DNA of 63,542 nucleotides, counting the filler, from Pelomyxa schiedti (Eukaryota > Protista > Evosea), in assembly GCA_020536535.1 (NCBI GenBank). It is 14 parts of 14 records of this genome, joined end to end, with 100 filler letters (N's around TTAATTAATTAA, not from the genome) between each part and the next. Parts side by side here need not be neighbours in the genome. Positions count along the whole stretch, not along the records: positions 8,327 to 19,185 come from JAHLWZ010001253.1; positions 19,286 to 21,384 come from JAHLWZ010002135.1; positions 21,485 to 22,542 come from JAHLWZ010002910.1; positions 22,643 to 24,497 come from JAHLWZ010002239.1; positions 24,598 to 25,912 come from JAHLWZ010002597.1; 9 more parts are not named here. One strand, 5' to 3'. The translations under genes and the position numbers were made by a program. Positions 13,352 through 25,566 of the stretch are shown here, one piece after another. The stretch's first letter is position 1. Every line of letters begins with the position of its first letter. Under the pieces are notes generated by a model. The model was not told where the DNA came from. It ran no database searches and worked only from the letters and a program-made list of their open reading frames with translations.

Positions 13352-15954
13352 ATGCAGCCACGCCAACGCGACGGCGACGTGGAGATGTTCACCAGCTCCG
13401 AACAAACAACGGAGGATCTGGGCTCCTCCTCGTGCACCTACAGAGGCCGGCTCGTGGACGGCCTGCCCGACGGCAACGGCAGCTACACCTTCCCGGACGG
13501 CGCGACCTACGACGGCGAGTGGCGCCGCGGGGCCCGCCACGGCCGCGGCGTGTACCAGCGGCCCGCCGGCCCCGGCGCAGGCGTAGGCGGCGCAGGCGTC
13601 GTCCGGTGCGACGGCGAGTGGCGCGACGACGTGCGCGACGGCTGGAACGTGTGCCGCAACCCCGACGGCGGGTGGTTCGAGGGCCTGTGGCGCGGCCACC
13701 GCTGGGCCCGCGGCGCCTGGCACGACCCCAACGGCGTCGACGTGCTCGACGGCTCCTGGGCCTGGAGCGACGCCGACAGGGCCAACAAGATGCAGGGCTG
13801 GGGCGTGCACCGCCGGGCCGCCGTTTCCGGGGGCCATTCCCCCGACGGCGCGAGTTATGGGATCGGCGCCCAGACCGTGTACGAGGGCGAGTGGGACGGG
13901 GACAGGTGGCACGGCGTGGGCACGTGGAGGTCGCCGTCGGGCGACATCTACGACGGCCAGTTCGACCACGGGAAGAGGAGCGGGACTGGGAGGATCCTGT
14001 TTGGTGACAATGGCGAGGAAGGGGGAGGGAGCTATGTAGGGGGGTGGAAGGACGACGCGTTTCACGGGAGGGGGGTGAGGCTGTGGGCGAATGGGACGAG
14101 GTATGAGGGTGACTGGGACATGGGGAGCGTTGTGCTAGGAACAGTGGAGAATTCTATTCCTCTTCCTGACTCCCCACCGCAGAGTCAGGGATACTTTCCG
14201 TTAATTTGTTCCGTATGTCTTATCTTTGTGAGCCTGGGCTGCCTTCTTTGGGGAATCTGGCAAAAGAGAAAGCTGGAAGCAAGATTAAAAGAAGAAAGAA
14301 AGGCAAACCAAAAGCATGCTAATTTGGAACTACATCAAGAATCAGAAGTGCTTATCATCAAAGAAACAGATCTGGATGTCGTCATGTCACGAAATTATTC
14401 ACGACCAAAACCATTGGGGACTGGAGCCTACGGCACTGTTTTCAAAGCCATGCATGTTCCATCATCTAGAGACGTTGCTTTGAAGGTACTTCATAAAGCG
14501 TTAAGGTCATCCTTCAATGTTGCTCGTTTCCGGCTTGAAACGGAGGTTTGCAGAAGAATAAACCAACAAGCTTCAAACTACAAAGCTCAAACACAGCACA
14601 GATTGTGAGTGGGTTGAGGCATCCCAACATTGTGAAATGCCTTGGTACATGCAAAACAGCATCTGGGAAACTGCTGATCGTGTCTGAGCTCATGTGTTGC
14701 AGTCTCAGGCAGCTTCTTTCTCAGGTTTTTTTTTCCCCAGGAGAGACTCACCCATGTCACAGCTAGTAACTAAGTTCAATTCCAAAATAGAAACTATTGA
14801 ACTTCCATGAAGTGGTGGCCATTGCACTTGGCGTTTCCAGGGGAATGGACAACCTTCACAAGTATTCTTCTCCTTAAGATTGCTCCAAGAAATATCCTAT
14901 TCCTAAACGTAAAACAGACAAGATTACACGCACGGTGATCTTACCAGCAATAATATCCTTTTGGATTCACATGGAACTCCAAAAATAAGTGACTTTGGTG
15001 TGTGTGCCTCTTCACACCTTCAAAGCTAAAAAAGGAGAAAAAGGTCTATCACGTGCAATGAATTCCCAAAGACCAGGTACAGCAGCAGTTTACATGGCAC
15101 CGGGCCATTGTCACACGTCAAAAGGTTTCTCCTCCATTTCATATCACACCAACAAATGCACCCCAAACCATCAATTTCACACTGATATTAATTTGATTTC
15201 ACACTCATTTCAGGAGATGTGTGGAGTTTCGGGATACTGCTTGCTGAAATGATCCATGGTGTGATCCCTGATTCTGCTGTCCCCACTTTGCCTGGCAAAG
15301 AGCAAAATATGTATTTCCTGGAGCAACAAAGGAGAGCACTTCCACCATCTGATGTTGAAGGTTTGTATCCTCACTTCATTCCTTTCATTATTGTGTAAAT
15401 CACTCACTCAAACAGAGGTGGACCGGCTTTGCCGAGTTGCCCCTGATTTCATCGCTGTTGTTGCAGAATCTCTTGGCAGGAGGAATGCATGCCTCTCAGC
15501 AGTGAGCACCATTGTTCACTCACCTGACTCTCTCTTGTTTACTCGAAGCCGTGGTTGCGAATCTGCTGCCGTGGATGCCCTGGGTACACAGGAACTCCTG
15601 TTCTTAATCACTCAGTCATGCCTGTCAATTTGTGGTAACTTCTGTTCTTCAGTTGATTCAAACGCCCAACACATGCAAATCACAGAGAAGAACCGGCTTC
15701 CATTCACAGTGATCGAGCAGCTTCTGTTCAGTTGTGCATCTGCAGCCGTTGCCTCATCATCGGGAGTATGTGTGGTGGCACGGGGCCAAGTGAACGATGC
15801 CATCACACAGTGGCTGTTGTCACTCGCTCCTGTAATAGCTTCACTGCCATTCCCACCAGAACCCCCGGTGAACCTGCAAGAACTCTCAGAAGACAGGCAG
15901 TTTCCACCTGTCTTCAACCCGCGTCCCGATGTTCCCAACTTTCCTGAGGCATAA
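13352..15954 (+). CDS. MORN-repeat + transmembrane + TKL-type protein kinase, multi-exon
   Basis: MORN repeats (YDGEWRRGARHGRG, YDGQFDHGKRSGTG), TM segment LICSVCLIFVSLGCLLWGIW, and kinase motifs LGTGAYGTV, VALK, HPNIV, HGDLTSNN, KISDFG and YMAP. Intron 14546-14601. Confidence 0.88.
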
Positions 15955-16038
15955 TTTCAATCAGGACTTGGGAAAACGAGAAAACTGAGGTATTCTGTTT
16001 CTTTTTTTTAAGGCACACCAGCGAAAACAAGAAATCAT

Positions 16039-18232
16039 TCAAGTGTCCTTCCTGGCAAGAATGTCATCGTTTGTGAGTCCCAGAGTGCGCATTGACACAG
16101 TTGTGTGGAGTGGCGACAGGAAAACAACTCGCATGAGGTGCTCCTTGACAAACGCACCTGTAATTTGAGGAAACACACGCAGCAGCATCTTCCACATTGG
16201 CACGCTGATGTTTGCCTGTTTGAATGCCTGAAGTAATGAGGCAACACGGAATGCTGGATTCCATGGTAGTGGCGAGGTGGCCATCAGGTCGTCAAATGAA
16301 ATCTTGCACGTGCGGAGCAGCCACTCAGCGCATGTGACTTTGTTGCTGTCAATCAGAACTCTCATCAAGTTGTTCATGACGTACCCACATGTGACTTGCT
16401 CTGGTGGCAAGAAAGATTGGATCAACCACCTGACAACCTTTCCAGACTGCACCCGGCCGCTGCCTTTAAGACCCCTGGCAATTTTGTCAGCCACAAACCC
16501 ACCACGATTTGGTGACACAAAGTGCATGGTCTGTGACAGGCTCCACGATTCCACAGCACAGGCCACAGTGTACACTCGGAAACGCCTGACAACAGGGAAG
16601 GTGTCCAGCACAGCCCCAAATTCATGTGGCTTTTTACGAAGAGGCGTCACAGCACCCTCCACTGTATCTGGACTGATGTTGCCCAATTTTGCATGAGAAA
16701 GGAACCAGTGCATTCCACGAGAACCAGGGTGATTCCAACAGATTTGTGAAAAAGATGCCCCAGTATTGAATGGATCAGAATTCACAACAGACATCACATG
16801 GAACGTGTTCTCTAACCACTCAGCAATTGATGTGTTGTTCACTGAGAGTGCCTGAACGAGACATGCTTGAAGATCTTTGGCTGTTGGAGCTGTTGTTGTC
16901 ATTGACAGAATGAACTTCACTGTTTCCACGTTGTCTTTCTCGTTTCCGCATACTGCAACTAAATCCTGAGGAGTGACCGGCGACAATTCAGTGATGCAGG
17001 AGCTCATGATTTCCTCGTCGGCAAGGAGCTTACTGGAAAATTTCATCAACTCTGGCTTGGTCAGCTCTTGTGGCACATTGTCCAACACCCACTTCAAACC
17101 TTTGTAACTTCTGACACCCAACAGGTGCGAATTTATTGGCACCTTGAATGTGTTCTTGATCCATTGGCACCCTTCCTCAAATTCAGTGTCATCCCTCTGC
17201 TGTGCCAGCTCCATATACTTGAGAAGTGTTCTAGTGCCAACCAAGGCTGGAATTTTTGCCCCACCACTGAAAAACCACTCCATGCAGAGCTTCACAACTT
17301 CCACACTTGCACTGCCAAGAAGATTTTCTGGCTTCAGGTATTTCCTGCAAGCACCCAAAACACCAGTCGTGGATGCCAACCACTTCACAATGTCAACGTG
17401 GCCCCGTCTCACAGCACACTGAAATGGTTTGATGAGCTCCCAGTCCTCAGTGCCAACGCCGCCGAACCTTGACATCACCCACTTGACAGCGTCCAGGTTT
17501 CCACCCTTGCATGCCTCAAACAACAAGCTCTTGCACGTCTCGCTCATCTCTCTGAGCGAATCAGCAATGTCTGGGTTCATTCCGGGCCACCTCAGTGACT
17601 TGAAGTAATAAGTCGTCCCGTCAACCAGTTCTTGTGCCACCGCCAAGTGTCCTCCTGTTGTGTGTGATAAGCTTCATCGTACACATTTAAATTAAACAAG
17701 CAAGTGCATCAAACACCCACATACACAAGCCCTCCATAATCACACACACAGTCAGAGACAATCACGCCATACCCGCACAGAGTCCTTTGAGCACAGTGAG
17801 GCACTCCTTGTCGTTGTTCCTCGTTCTGGCGGCGTGTCCCACAATCCATTCCGCGCACCTCTTGCTGCCTGCAAGACCCGCGCACCTCAGCCCAAAATAC
17901 CGCGACGTGTGCACCACCACCACATCCACCTTCCCCTTCTTCGTTTCGGGACTTACGTCGTCGTTCCCGTCGTAGTCGTCGCTCTCCTCGACTGCACCAG
18001 CACCCATAACTGCTTTGCAGGCGCGCGGCACGAGCGGAAAAAGAGCGTCAGCGAGGGCCATCAACCCGACGCAGTCGCCGACGCGCCACTCGCCGCGGAC
18101 GCCGGTGGGCACAGCCAGGGGGACGATGTCACGCCAGACCATCAACGACACACTGAGAATGTACCCTCTGCGCTCTTGTCTTTGTTGTTGCTGCTTCCAA
18201 ACCGGCATCGTCGAGCTCTGTTGACTCATCAT
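16039..18232 (-). CDS. Ankyrin-repeat-like helical protein, two exons (intron 17655-17772)
   Basis: LLFEACKGGNLDAVKWV and AVRRGHVDIVKWL. The splice joins LKGLCA to GGHLAVAQEL in frame. Homologous to the ORF at 62810. Confidence 0.8.
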
Positions 18233-18424
18233 AAGCAGATTTTGCGCCTGTCATCTGCTCCTCATCAAAAGTTTTCTTTTCTCAGAAGTCGAAACAAGTT
18301 TGGCGCCAGTTCAACAGCTCCGGTGGTGCCAAGAGTGAAGAGAGAGACTGGGGCATGGACTTTCAACCGACGAAAAGAAAAAGCTCCTGGAGCCACTCCC
18401 AAGTGAGGTTAACCATTGTCACCG

Positions 18425-18880
18425 AGTTTGTCCTTCAATGCATCGAGACGGTGGTGTGGGGTGGTGACATGAAAACAACCCACACGAGGTGCTCCTCGAC
18501 GAACTAAATTCGAGGAAACACGCGCAGCAGCATATTCCACATTTTAACACTGATGTATGTTTCTCTGAAGGTATGAAGTACTGTGGCAACCTGTGAACGA
18601 AAGAAGAGTGTGAGTGGCTGCTACGGTGGGCCGCCAAAGCAGTGAGCATTAATTACCTCATCAAATGAAATCTTACACGTGTGGATCAACCACTCGGCAC
18701 AACACATGTGACTTGCTGTTGAGAAATGAACGATTGGATCAACCACCTGACAACCTTTCCAGACATTTTAGTTGTAGGCTTTTAATTAATCGATTTTTGC
18801 AATACGTTGAACGGAATTAATGGCAGACATCACATGGAACGTGTTCTGTAACCACTCAGCAATTGATGTGTTGTTCTTGC
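18425..18880 (-). pseudogene. Deletion-collapsed remnant of the ankyrin-like gene
   Basis: Three co-linear blocks match about 16070-16232, 16292-16447 and 16790-16843 of the intact gene. The intervening sequence is missing. Confidence 0.8.
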
Positions 18881-19367
18881 TCCCTGCAGTTTCGGGACTT
18901 CCGTCGTCGTTCCCGCTGTTTTTTTATTCTGCCATTTTGCGTACCGTCGCTGTGCCACTCCATCATCGGATTTTTTTTCTTGGAAAGGTTGAAAAGGACT
19001 GGGACTCACAGTTCGGATGACCGCGGCACCATGTGGAGTCTATCAGTGGCAACAAAGGTCGATGTTGATAGGACTCTCGTTCCCATTTGAGTTGTGTGCG
19101 TGATAGTGTCTATCAAGAAGAATTATTTTTGTTATTATTCCTATTTACAATCTTTCTGTGGTACAACGGCGGGTGATTCAAGGAANNNNNNNNNNNNNNN
19201 NNNNNNNNNNNNNNNNNNNNNNNNNNNNNTTAATTAATTAANNNNNNNNNNNNNNNNNNNNNNNNNNNNNNNNNNNNNNNNNNNNCCCCCCCCCCCCCCC
19301 CCCACCCCCAGTATTTACCTTTCTCATGTCTCAACACAACAAACACAAAACTGCACACAATCCAAAG

Positions 19368-21164
19368 TTCCCAAGACACCAAGCAACATCAGGATTGGGA
19401 GCATCACTCACGAGGGTTTCGAGTTCACATGTGACTCTCCATCCCTGGTCAAATACAACTACCCAGCCATTTCAGTGATTGTGGAGATTGTTCAGAACAC
19501 CAGTCAACGTGAAGGAGCACCAACATCAAAAGGTAAAAATTCCCCCCCCCCCACCAAGAAGGATGATGATCACTTTTACCTTCTTTGTTGCAGGTAATAC
19601 AGCAGCTGTTGTTGACAGCCTTCAGTGGGAAGAAGTTTACAATGGCGTGGAAAACACGTGCATGATTGGTGGTGGTTCCACACAAGCACACGCAGCAAAG
19701 GGTGCAGTGGCAAAGGTGAAAGCAGACACAGAATACATTGTGAGGTGCTGTTTGTGTGACCACCTTGGTTGCGGTGACTGGGCCATCGCCCCTCACCCTG
19801 TCAGAACTCTTCCTGATCCCCGTTTGTTTCACAATCCCCAATGTTTCTCCATCTTTACCTTTCCCAGAACCACTTGCGCCAATCAACGTGAGGATTGTTA
19901 CGACACCACAACAAGGACCAGCAACACCAACACTCGAGTGGACTCCAAACCCTCAGGGTCCCAGGCCATCCTCGTTTGTCATCCAATCAAGGCGTATCAG
20001 CAGGAATCACAATCCCAACCAACAACTGGAAACACAACCAACGGAGGGAAGGTGGGCACAGGCAGGGATCACAAAAACCTCGCAACAACAAGAGCCACCC
20101 ACGTCCATGGACATCACTCCAGAAATGGTAAATTCTGGTGGCTCTGGAGTCGAGTTCAGGGTTGCAGCACTCAATGGACCCTCAGCACCCAGCCCATGGT
20201 CCAACGTTGCGTTGTTCAAATGTGTGTGTCCCCCACACCAACAACCAACACTTATGGGCTTCTGAGGTCACTCAATAATCTTTCTGACAACAACAGGTGA
20301 GCCGCCAGGTGACCTTCACATCACGATGTTCCCCACGCTGGACTGGTCACCACCTTCACCAACAACACAACCACCACAGTGGTACGTTGTGCAGAGGAAG
20401 CCACACAACGCACCACCTGAATCAGAATGGCAAGAAGTGTGCCGTGGAACACAGACATCGTGTGATGTCACTGCCGTTGGATCACCACCAATCAGGCGTG
20501 GAGATAACAGTGAGTATGACTTCAGGGTTGGGTCACTGTGTGCTGGTGTGGTCATGTCAACCACTTGGAAGTGGCTGCAGAACATCACTGGTGTGCATTT
20601 GTTCTTGTTCCATCAACTCCCACTGACCAACCAACACACACAGGCGCATTCACGTGGGACCCCTCATCGTGCTATCAAACTAACCTGAGTGACAACAACC
20701 ACATTGCAACTGGTGTCAGTGGTAATAATTCCACAACAGTGTGGACAACACAGTGTGTCACAACTGGCTCCGTGGCAGTTGCACGAATCACACTCATCAA
20801 AAGGGATACCACCTGCAGTACCCCATTCATCGGCGTTGTTGGCCCAGCAATCACGTCCAACCAGCCCACACCACCATCAGGCTACATCTACAGCAGGGAG
20901 GGCTTCTGGGGCTTCAACCTGGGCAACAGGACCACGTGGCACAACGGGAAGCAACAGCCCATCGGTGACAGCAGGAACGGGTGCGACAACACACCAGATG
21001 GGACTGTGATCACAGTGACAGTGGACATGACTCACCCTGGTGGTGGAACAATGAGTGTGAGGGTGGGTGACTGTGACAGGGGCGTTGTGTGTTGCAGTGG
21101 TCTCCCGTCACCCCTCAGGTTCGCCTTCTCTGCCTGTTGTGGTCACGTGATCAAGATAGAGTAA
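19368..21164 (+). CDS. Three FN3 domains + SPRY-like beta domain; 3' half of a TRIM-like gene (5' truncated)
   Basis: FN3 signatures VPKTPSNIRIGSITH..WEEVYNG..TEYIVRC, LEWTP..VEFRVAALNG..PWS and LDWSPP..WQEVCRG..EYDFRV. The terminal exon FTWDP..FIGVV..DGTVITVTVDM is SPRY-like. The 5' end overlaps 53423-53570. Confidence 0.78.
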
Positions 21165-21208
21165 ATTCACATTTTAGCGAAACTAACGCAACCACGAAGA
21201 GGCGCGTG

Positions 21209-21384
21209 ATGGGTGACGTAACGCGTCCCACCAGCGATGAGGCGGTTGCGGTTGTGCCGTCTCTCGAGGCAATTGCCATAATGCCCCCGGCGCCGCCCTC
21301 CCCGGCGCCGTCACCACCATCGTCGCCGGACTCGCCCCCTCCCATCATCGCCCCCGTGCCCGTCGCCTACCACCCACCCCCCTG
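21209..21384 (+). CDS. Pro-rich N-terminus of a hypothetical protein, 3' truncated
   Basis: GC-rich open frame from ATG 21209 to the contig end. Confidence 0.3.
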
Positions 21385-21484
21385 NNNNNNNNNNNNNNNN
21401 NNNNNNNNNNNNNNNNNNNNNNNNNNNNTTAATTAATTAANNNNNNNNNNNNNNNNNNNNNNNNNNNNNNNNNNNNNNNNNNNN

Positions 21485-21618
21485 GCGACGCCGTTGCTGC
21501 CCTCGAGGTAGCAGTTGGCGAGGTCGTACATCGCGTCGGCGTTGCCTGAGCGGACCTGCTCGATGAGCGAACCAATGTAACTCACGTCGTCCTTGTATGC
21601 AGTCGCGGTGTCGTCCAT
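21485..21618 (-). CDS. N-terminus of a Sel1-repeat protein
   Basis: MDDTATAYKDDVSYIGSLIEQVRSGNADAMYDLANCYLEG is homologous to the start of the gene at 36614. Confidence 0.75.
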
Positions 21619-22143
21619 CAAGAAAGAAAATTCGGCAGAAGTGATGTTCCTGAAAAGATGCGAACAGGTGTGACGGGTCAGAGGGGCCAACTACTTGACT
21701 GCCGTAGTGTTGGGAGTGTTATATTATGATCACATTTACTACTATCATCATTATTCCCACTCCTTTCTGCTCTTGTTCCCGTCATCAGCCCCACCAACTT
21801 TACGGGAATGCGATCCCCAAGAGGACATCAACAAGGTTCAACCGCTGATGCACCAAGGCATTCCCATCATCCAGTTTCGAAACCCTGTGGAAGTCGCCCC
21901 AATGTGGCTACATAATCGGGTGGCAGGGCCCGCTCGCCGCCATTTGCGATCGGCATGGTGTCGCCCATTTCGAGGGAAACACAACGGTGCTGAAGAATCT
22001 GCTGCGAGGAGGTGAGGCATCGATTTGGCTTCCCAGGGAGTCGAACCAGCCAGCACCTCAACGGCAAGTGGTGATCTAATCTAATCTTATCTTTCCGGAG
22101 ATTATTTCTCCGAAGGAAGTTGAAAAAACTTTTGTTGGTTGAG

Positions 22144-22542
22144 ATGTCGCGTCAACAGTCGTCGGCATCCTCTCCTCGTGGTGACACCACAAAGGGGAGG
22201 CCAATCATCAAATGTTTTGTAGTCGGGGAGTCATCGTCCGACGCTTACCTCTTCGACCTGCTTCGCAAATACAGCAAGCCCAGCAGAGGCGTCACTGTCG
22301 GAGCAGTGGGAGGCAGTGCTCATCAATCGCCCGCCATGACCGATGAAGACGAGGCCTCGGCACTCCCGACGACGCTCACGATCACAGTTATGGGGCAGAA
22401 AAGCAATGACGGCAGTCAGTACTCTCCATTGACCAAGGCAACAGCGAGTGAAGTTTCTGGTTATGACCTCGGTGGCGTCGATGTTGCTTTTCACAGGAAC
22501 GGCAGCAGAGAGATGAGATACGGGTGTGCGAAGGAAGCAGGA
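22144..22542 (+). CDS. Possible degenerate Rho/Rac-like GTPase N-terminus, 3' truncated
   Basis: IKCFVVGESSSDAYLFDLLRKY resembles Rac [20 protein letters not shown] but lacks GKT. Confidence 0.4.
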
Positions 22543-22642
22543 NNNNNNNNNNNNNNNNNNNNNNNNNNNNNNNNNNNNNNNNNNNNTTAATTAATTAANN
22601 NNNNNNNNNNNNNNNNNNNNNNNNNNNNNNNNNNNNNNNNNN

Positions 22643-24497
22643 CAGTGGTTGTTTTCCTTTTCCACCATGCTTTTCCTGTGGAGCTTTAGATCCCTTATGG
22701 GCTGCCACTTGGGTGGGAGAGTCTGATTCACTGTCACTTGCTTCTTGCCCACCAGACAAGTCAGAAGAATGCTTAGGCACTCTGGGGGAGCAATCTTGGT
22801 CTGCCTCTGAAGAGGATTAAAATCAAAATGCCAACTGAAGACTTACCTTGGGGTTCAGCACTATTCGATGCACACTCTTCATCCATGGGTTCATGTGGTG
22901 TTTCTGTCATGAATGCTGAAGTACTTGTTGGAGTGCTCTCAGGAGGTACAAGAGTCGCAGTTGCTAATATCTCCTGTGGGATGAAGGCCAACCAGCTCGG
23001 AGTTGGGACAAGGGCTGGGGTGCCAGTAAGAAGTAATCGTACTTGAGGAATTGGAAGACTGGCAATTACAGTAATGGTAATCTGGGTTACTGAAGTTTGA
23101 GAAAATGTAGATTCCTCAGGGTGTGCGTAGGTCAAGCTTGGTACTGTATGACTGCAGTCAAAAGCTGCTGATGTTGAAACTGTTCCAATGTCTGTTGAGC
23201 CTCTGTTCATGATTTTTAGCAATAGTGTTTCTTTCATTCATGCTCTACAAATGTAGAAATGGAACCCATCAGTCACCAAGTACTGTGTCACTGAATGCCT
23301 TTTCCACAGTGGAACAACTTCCAGTTATCATACCTCGTGAATCAATGTTTGTCGCAGGTACCTCCAGCCAAGGAGGTTCAACTCCCACTGAGAGAGCCAG
23401 AGCACACACATTAATGTTGACATACAACCTCAGCATTGGTGGCACTCTTGAATGCAAGTAATGAATTCCCATTCTCAGCAGATCCACCTCCACTTGCAAT
23501 ATGTTTACTTGGAAAGAGGTGGAAGTTCTTCTCAAAGCTGAGATGACAATAGAATTGAACAATGGCTTTTTTGAGGTGGTGAGATTCTGAGTGGGTCATG
23601 ATGCCAACATTCCTCCAGAGAAAAACGCAGGTTGTTCTAAAAATTATCCAAAGAAGCAAGGCTCTCAGAATAGCATTGCTAATAGTAGGTCATAACCTCC
23701 CCCATAGGCAATTAAGTTGTTTTCCTTCTCCTGATCTTCAAATTTTTTCAGAAAACAAGTTCCCCTAGTTCCTTCAGACTTGTTGCAAAGGAAAGAGAGG
23801 AAAGAGAGGTACCTCTGTAACCACTTCAATGAGAGGCAGAACTTTTGATTCATCTCTGACTGCACCATCATACGCATCATAGCAAACAATACCTAGTTGC
23901 CGATGTGTGGGTAGGCCAAGCACGCCAGTGCACACATCACCATCAAGAAGTCCAGCAGCCATTACTTTATCCTGCTCTCCTTTGTGGTCTCTTCCTTTTG
24001 TGCAAGGTCTTCAGCCCCTTTTGCAGGGATGCACCCCCACTGACCTGAGATTCAAGAGCCTCAAGACTCTCCCATGCCTCCTACTTTCCCATCCTGAGCA
24101 CAAATCCAGCTGAAAGGTATGTCAGTCGTGAAAGCTAAACTTGGGAGGAACAAACTTGAGGTATGCTACAATCAGGTCCCATGGAACAGCACACTTTTTG
24201 AGAAGTATGTCTCCTGTGAAAAGTTGTGTAGAGAGAGAGAAATTTGTCAGCCGGGTCGTGCTGAACATTGCTTAAGTGGTTCAATCAATCCTGAAGAATG
24301 TTGCAGCTTTATGACAGTAATTGCATGGCGGATGTATTGCTTTTCCACCAGTGGTCCTGCTGGACATTGAGTTAGGCCAATGTGGGTGGGAGTTCTGGTG
24401 TACATTGAGAGCCTCAAGTTCAATGGCAACACTTTCAGCAGTTGGAGATGATTTTGCAGCACGCTTGTGCCCCAGTACATCTGGTACTTTGGCCATC
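22643..24497 (-). CDS. Multi-exon hypothetical protein, both ends truncated
   Basis: A series of short protein-like frames on the minus strand separated by intron-sized gaps. No family recognised. Confidence 0.3.
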
Positions 24498-24597
24498 NNN
24501 NNNNNNNNNNNNNNNNNNNNNNNNNNNNNNNNNNNNNNNNNTTAATTAATTAANNNNNNNNNNNNNNNNNNNNNNNNNNNNNNNNNNNNNNNNNNNN

Positions 24598-24715
24598 TGG
24601 GGCGAGAGAGCAGCGCCACGATGGAGGCCGCCCCGCGGGTGCCCCAGTCGTAGGCCTTCACGGCTCCCCGCAGCTCGTAGACTTCGACACTCCCGCACGT
24701 CGTTGTGGACGACAT
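24598..24715 (-). CDS. mpi: Mannose-6-phosphate isomerase (type I PMI) N-terminus, 3' truncated
   Basis: MSSTTTCGSVEVYELRGAVKAYDWGTRGAASIVALL matches the PMI type I LxxxVxxYxWG motif (human [22 protein letters not shown]). This frame is absent from the ORF track. Confidence 0.78.
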
Positions 24716-25427
24716 CGATGTATGAAACTACACAGCACCCGTTGGTCGCCTCAAGGATCAAAAAAAGCCTAAAATGAATATTTGATCTTAGTGCCATTGC
24801 CTGAGACTGGTCGGCCATCCCGATCCTGATACCACCCACGGGGTATCAGGACCACCTCCGTGGCTGGTATCAGGATCCTCCCTGTGTGCTCCTGGTGGTG
24901 GGTTCACCAGATCATCGGACTCAAGCTCCTAGCACCACACTACCCAACCCCTCCCAAAAGAACTCCATATCGCCGGTTCCGCACCGCGAAATTTGCTGAA
25001 GTCGGAAGTCCGTCTATGAGGAGGAGTAGTAACCTCTCACATATGTCAGTAGATTATAATGGCGAAAAATGAAGGCTACCTTTATTGAGTGTTGGAGTGC
25101 ATGTTGATGTTATCGCAGTGCGTAATCTGAATGTTTGGACTGGATTTGTTTGTTTTTGGTGAGGTTATTTCGGATACGGAAAAAAAATACATATCACAGG
25201 AGGAGGAACTATGTGCTGTTATTGTTCCCGCAGCAATGATTACATCACCAGTATGATCCGATACATCCAAGTGTTTTCAAAAACGTACTCACAGAGCAAT
25301 TCCCACCATACCCGCACTCATATCTCAGTGTTCCACACACAACATCCGCAGCAGTACTACTACACAGCACTACTGCACACAAGAGCAACCACCAGAACCG
25401 GCGGCGCTGGGTACCACCCGCGTACCT

Positions 25428-25566
25428 CATGTGGCAGCTGCCCTCGTGGCATGTGCGCCCATTGGCAATGCACCTCCTGGTGCCGCGTCTCTATGTAGTC
25501 GTGCCCGAGAGCCAGTGTGGGTGCATTGCCAATGGGCGCACATGCCACGAGGGAAATTGCCACATG
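25428..25566. repeat. Long inverted repeat: 34-bp perfect arms (25441-25474 / 25520-25553) with outer extension
   Basis: CCCTCGTGGCATGTGCGCCCATTGGCAATGCACC is the exact reverse complement of 25520-25553. CATGTGGCA (25428-25436) pairs with TGCCACATG (25558-25566). Confidence 0.92.

Noticed and set aside
13316-14065. Long antisense and alternate-frame ORFs over GC-rich genes (also 34930-35820, 48451-49155, 52302-53114)
   Set aside because: They are shadow ORFs caused by high GC and stop-codon scarcity opposite real genes.
22025-22075. tRNA suggested by GGTTCGACTCCC on the minus strand
   Set aside because: The T-stem does not pair, and I found no acceptor stem, D-arm or anticodon arm.
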